Positions 62,185-64,000 of a DNA stretch of 64,000 nucleotides are shown piece after piece. This stretch comes from Anolis carolinensis. Its lineage: Eukaryota. Location of the stretch: the NCBI RefSeq assembly GCF_035594765.1, contig NC_085844.1, forward strand, positions 85,017,923 to 85,081,922, in the 5' to 3' direction. The notes below the pieces were generated by a model, which did no database searches, had not been told where the DNA came from, and worked only from the letters and a program-made list of their open reading frames with translations. Position numbers and translations under genes: made by a program. The number at the start of each line of letters is the position of its first letter. Positions within the stretch are counted from its first letter, which is position 1.

Positions 62185-62347
62185 TCTGGAGACCAGGATG
62201 TGGATCTCTGCTGGGTGATCTTGGACAAGCCACACTCTCTCAGCTTCACAGGAAAGTAAAGACAAACTCTCTCCAAACCAGTCTTGCCATGAAAGCTCCA
62301 TGATAGGCTTTCTGTAAGTCAGAAATGACTTGAAGATGTTCAACAAC
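62185..62347 (+). mobile_element. ACASINE-like SINE fragment
   Basis: ctgggtgatcttggacaagccacactctctcagc...taagtcagaaatgacttgaag...caacaac. Confidence 0.6.
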
Positions 62348-63751
62348 GCTTGGGACTACAGCTGGATTATCTGGCCTACCATGGATTTTCTCTCCAAATC
62401 CATAACTTTTATAGTCAAGATTCTTGCACTGAGACATGGAGGAAAAGTTAACAATTAAAAAGATATTTCTGCTGAAGTTTAGGCATTGGAATTAACAACA
62501 CACATACACATTTCATTTGGGGCAGATGGTTTTATGCAGAGATTCATTATAATATTTTAAAGGAATGTGTTGCTTGCTGCATGTTAGCTCTTTAAAGTAA
62601 TTTTCTGCCACTCATTGCTCATTATTTTGAGAGTAACTTGTAAAAGATGCATTAAGGATACAAAAGTGATCTCCGGTTTCCCCATACGATTCCATTAACG
62701 GTTCAGTGATTCTCACACTAAACCAGTAATCAGTAAGCCAGTGTCATCCTTAACTCTAAAAGTAACACATTTTCTTATATTTCATTGCTTCTATACTCAT
62801 TGTTTTGTGTATTTTATGTATTTATTTACCATCTGCAGGCTATGTTAAGCATTAAGATGCAATCCAATACACAATGTCTGTATAAAGAAAGGGCATATAT
62901 TGATAATTCTGCAAGTTAAGTTAATTGCATTATTTAGCAATTTTTTTTGGGGGGGGGGGAACCAAGTATTGTCCACAAATGTAACCTAAAAAGCTGTGAT
63001 CTAGCAGATGATCTACACAAGGTAGTTTGTGTACTCTCTTCTGTACTTAGTCTAAAACATGGGTCTATCATTCCCATTTGCCATATGCCCCCTTCATATT
63101 GCCATAGCAATTGCATCTGCCATTTAATTTGGATCAACTTTGAGGTCTTTTTCTGCTGCCAAACTGAAATAGTTTAATGAGGATGTGATACATTCAAGAG
63201 AAAGACACTTGAGGATTTCAAAAGCCTTACACTGTCACAAGTACTGTATTTTAGTGATATTAAATTAAGAGCAACTCTCAGCACTATCCAAATATTTCCA
63301 ATTGCACATAAAACATTTCTTATGATTTAGTGCTGTTCCTTTAAAAAAAGAGGAAGAAAGAAATGATCTGAATACTATGATTCTGGAATCTTTTCTACCG
63401 CTATCTTCTATATAGTTTCTTGCACTAAGAATTAATTGCTCTATACATTAATAACATTCAATTATATGTTTCAAGTAGTCAGCTAAATAGCAATAGAGAA
63501 TAAACACTATTACTTTGCAGATATGACACACAAATGTCAGACAACTATCCTTGCCTTCTTCCACAAATGCAAAAGACAGTGACTGCGCACACATTAAAAT
63601 AGGTATTGACTGTAAAGGCATGAACATTTAGAGTAAATTTCTAAGTAAGAATGCATAGGGTTAAGATTCTACTGTGCATTTCAAACACAATTTAATACAT
63701 TTCCAAGGTTCAGCGGTAAGTATGGTTGCTTGTGTAACTCATATGATAAAT

Positions 63752-63932
63752 TCATCCAGATGATAATCTGGAATCAGAAACTGGATTATATGAAAGTATA
63801 GATCTAGCCTAAGGTCCTTTCTACACTGCCACATAATTCAGTTTCTGAATCCAAATTATCTGATTGAACTAGATTATATGGCAGTGTAGATTCATATAAT
63901 TCAGTTCAAAGCAGATAATCTGGATTCAGAAA
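63752..63932. mobile_element. Harbinger-type MITE remnants (same family as 1447-1597)
   Basis: taaggtcctttctacactgcc, gataatctgg and ggattatatg motifs, with internal inverted repeats. Confidence 0.7.
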
Positions 63933-64000
63933 GGCTGTGCAATGGGACTTATTGTGCTTGGTAGCAATGAAATGTGGACTGCTGTGATGTATAGAAACTA

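Overview
AT-rich, repeat-dense eukaryotic DNA from a squamate reptile, very probably an Anolis lizard (Sauria SINEs, BovB/RTE, CR1, L2, L1, Vingi, R4/Dong and Penelope elements). I find no host protein-coding exon, rRNA, tRNA gene or CRISPR array. The window looks like a gene desert or large intron, with two assembly gaps (6877-7006, 49519-49662). Every recognisable protein similarity is transposon-derived: R4 RT plus restriction-like endonuclease, two Penelope GIY-YIG endonucleases, a chromoviral Gypsy integrase with chromodomain, a CR1 ORF1 esterase and BovB APE/RT. The most interesting signals are: (1) three minimal hammerhead ribozyme motifs in Penelope pseudo-LTRs, two of them in an inverted pair; (2) an R4 copy apparently made by twin priming, which preserves the element's 5' leader, and that leader folds on paper into a box C/D-like kink-turn with possible pseudoknots; (3) two dissimilar solo LTRs that each carry a U3 reading frame encoding an acidic stretch followed by an RRSxR-type motif. 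Family names come from my recognition of motifs, not from database searches.
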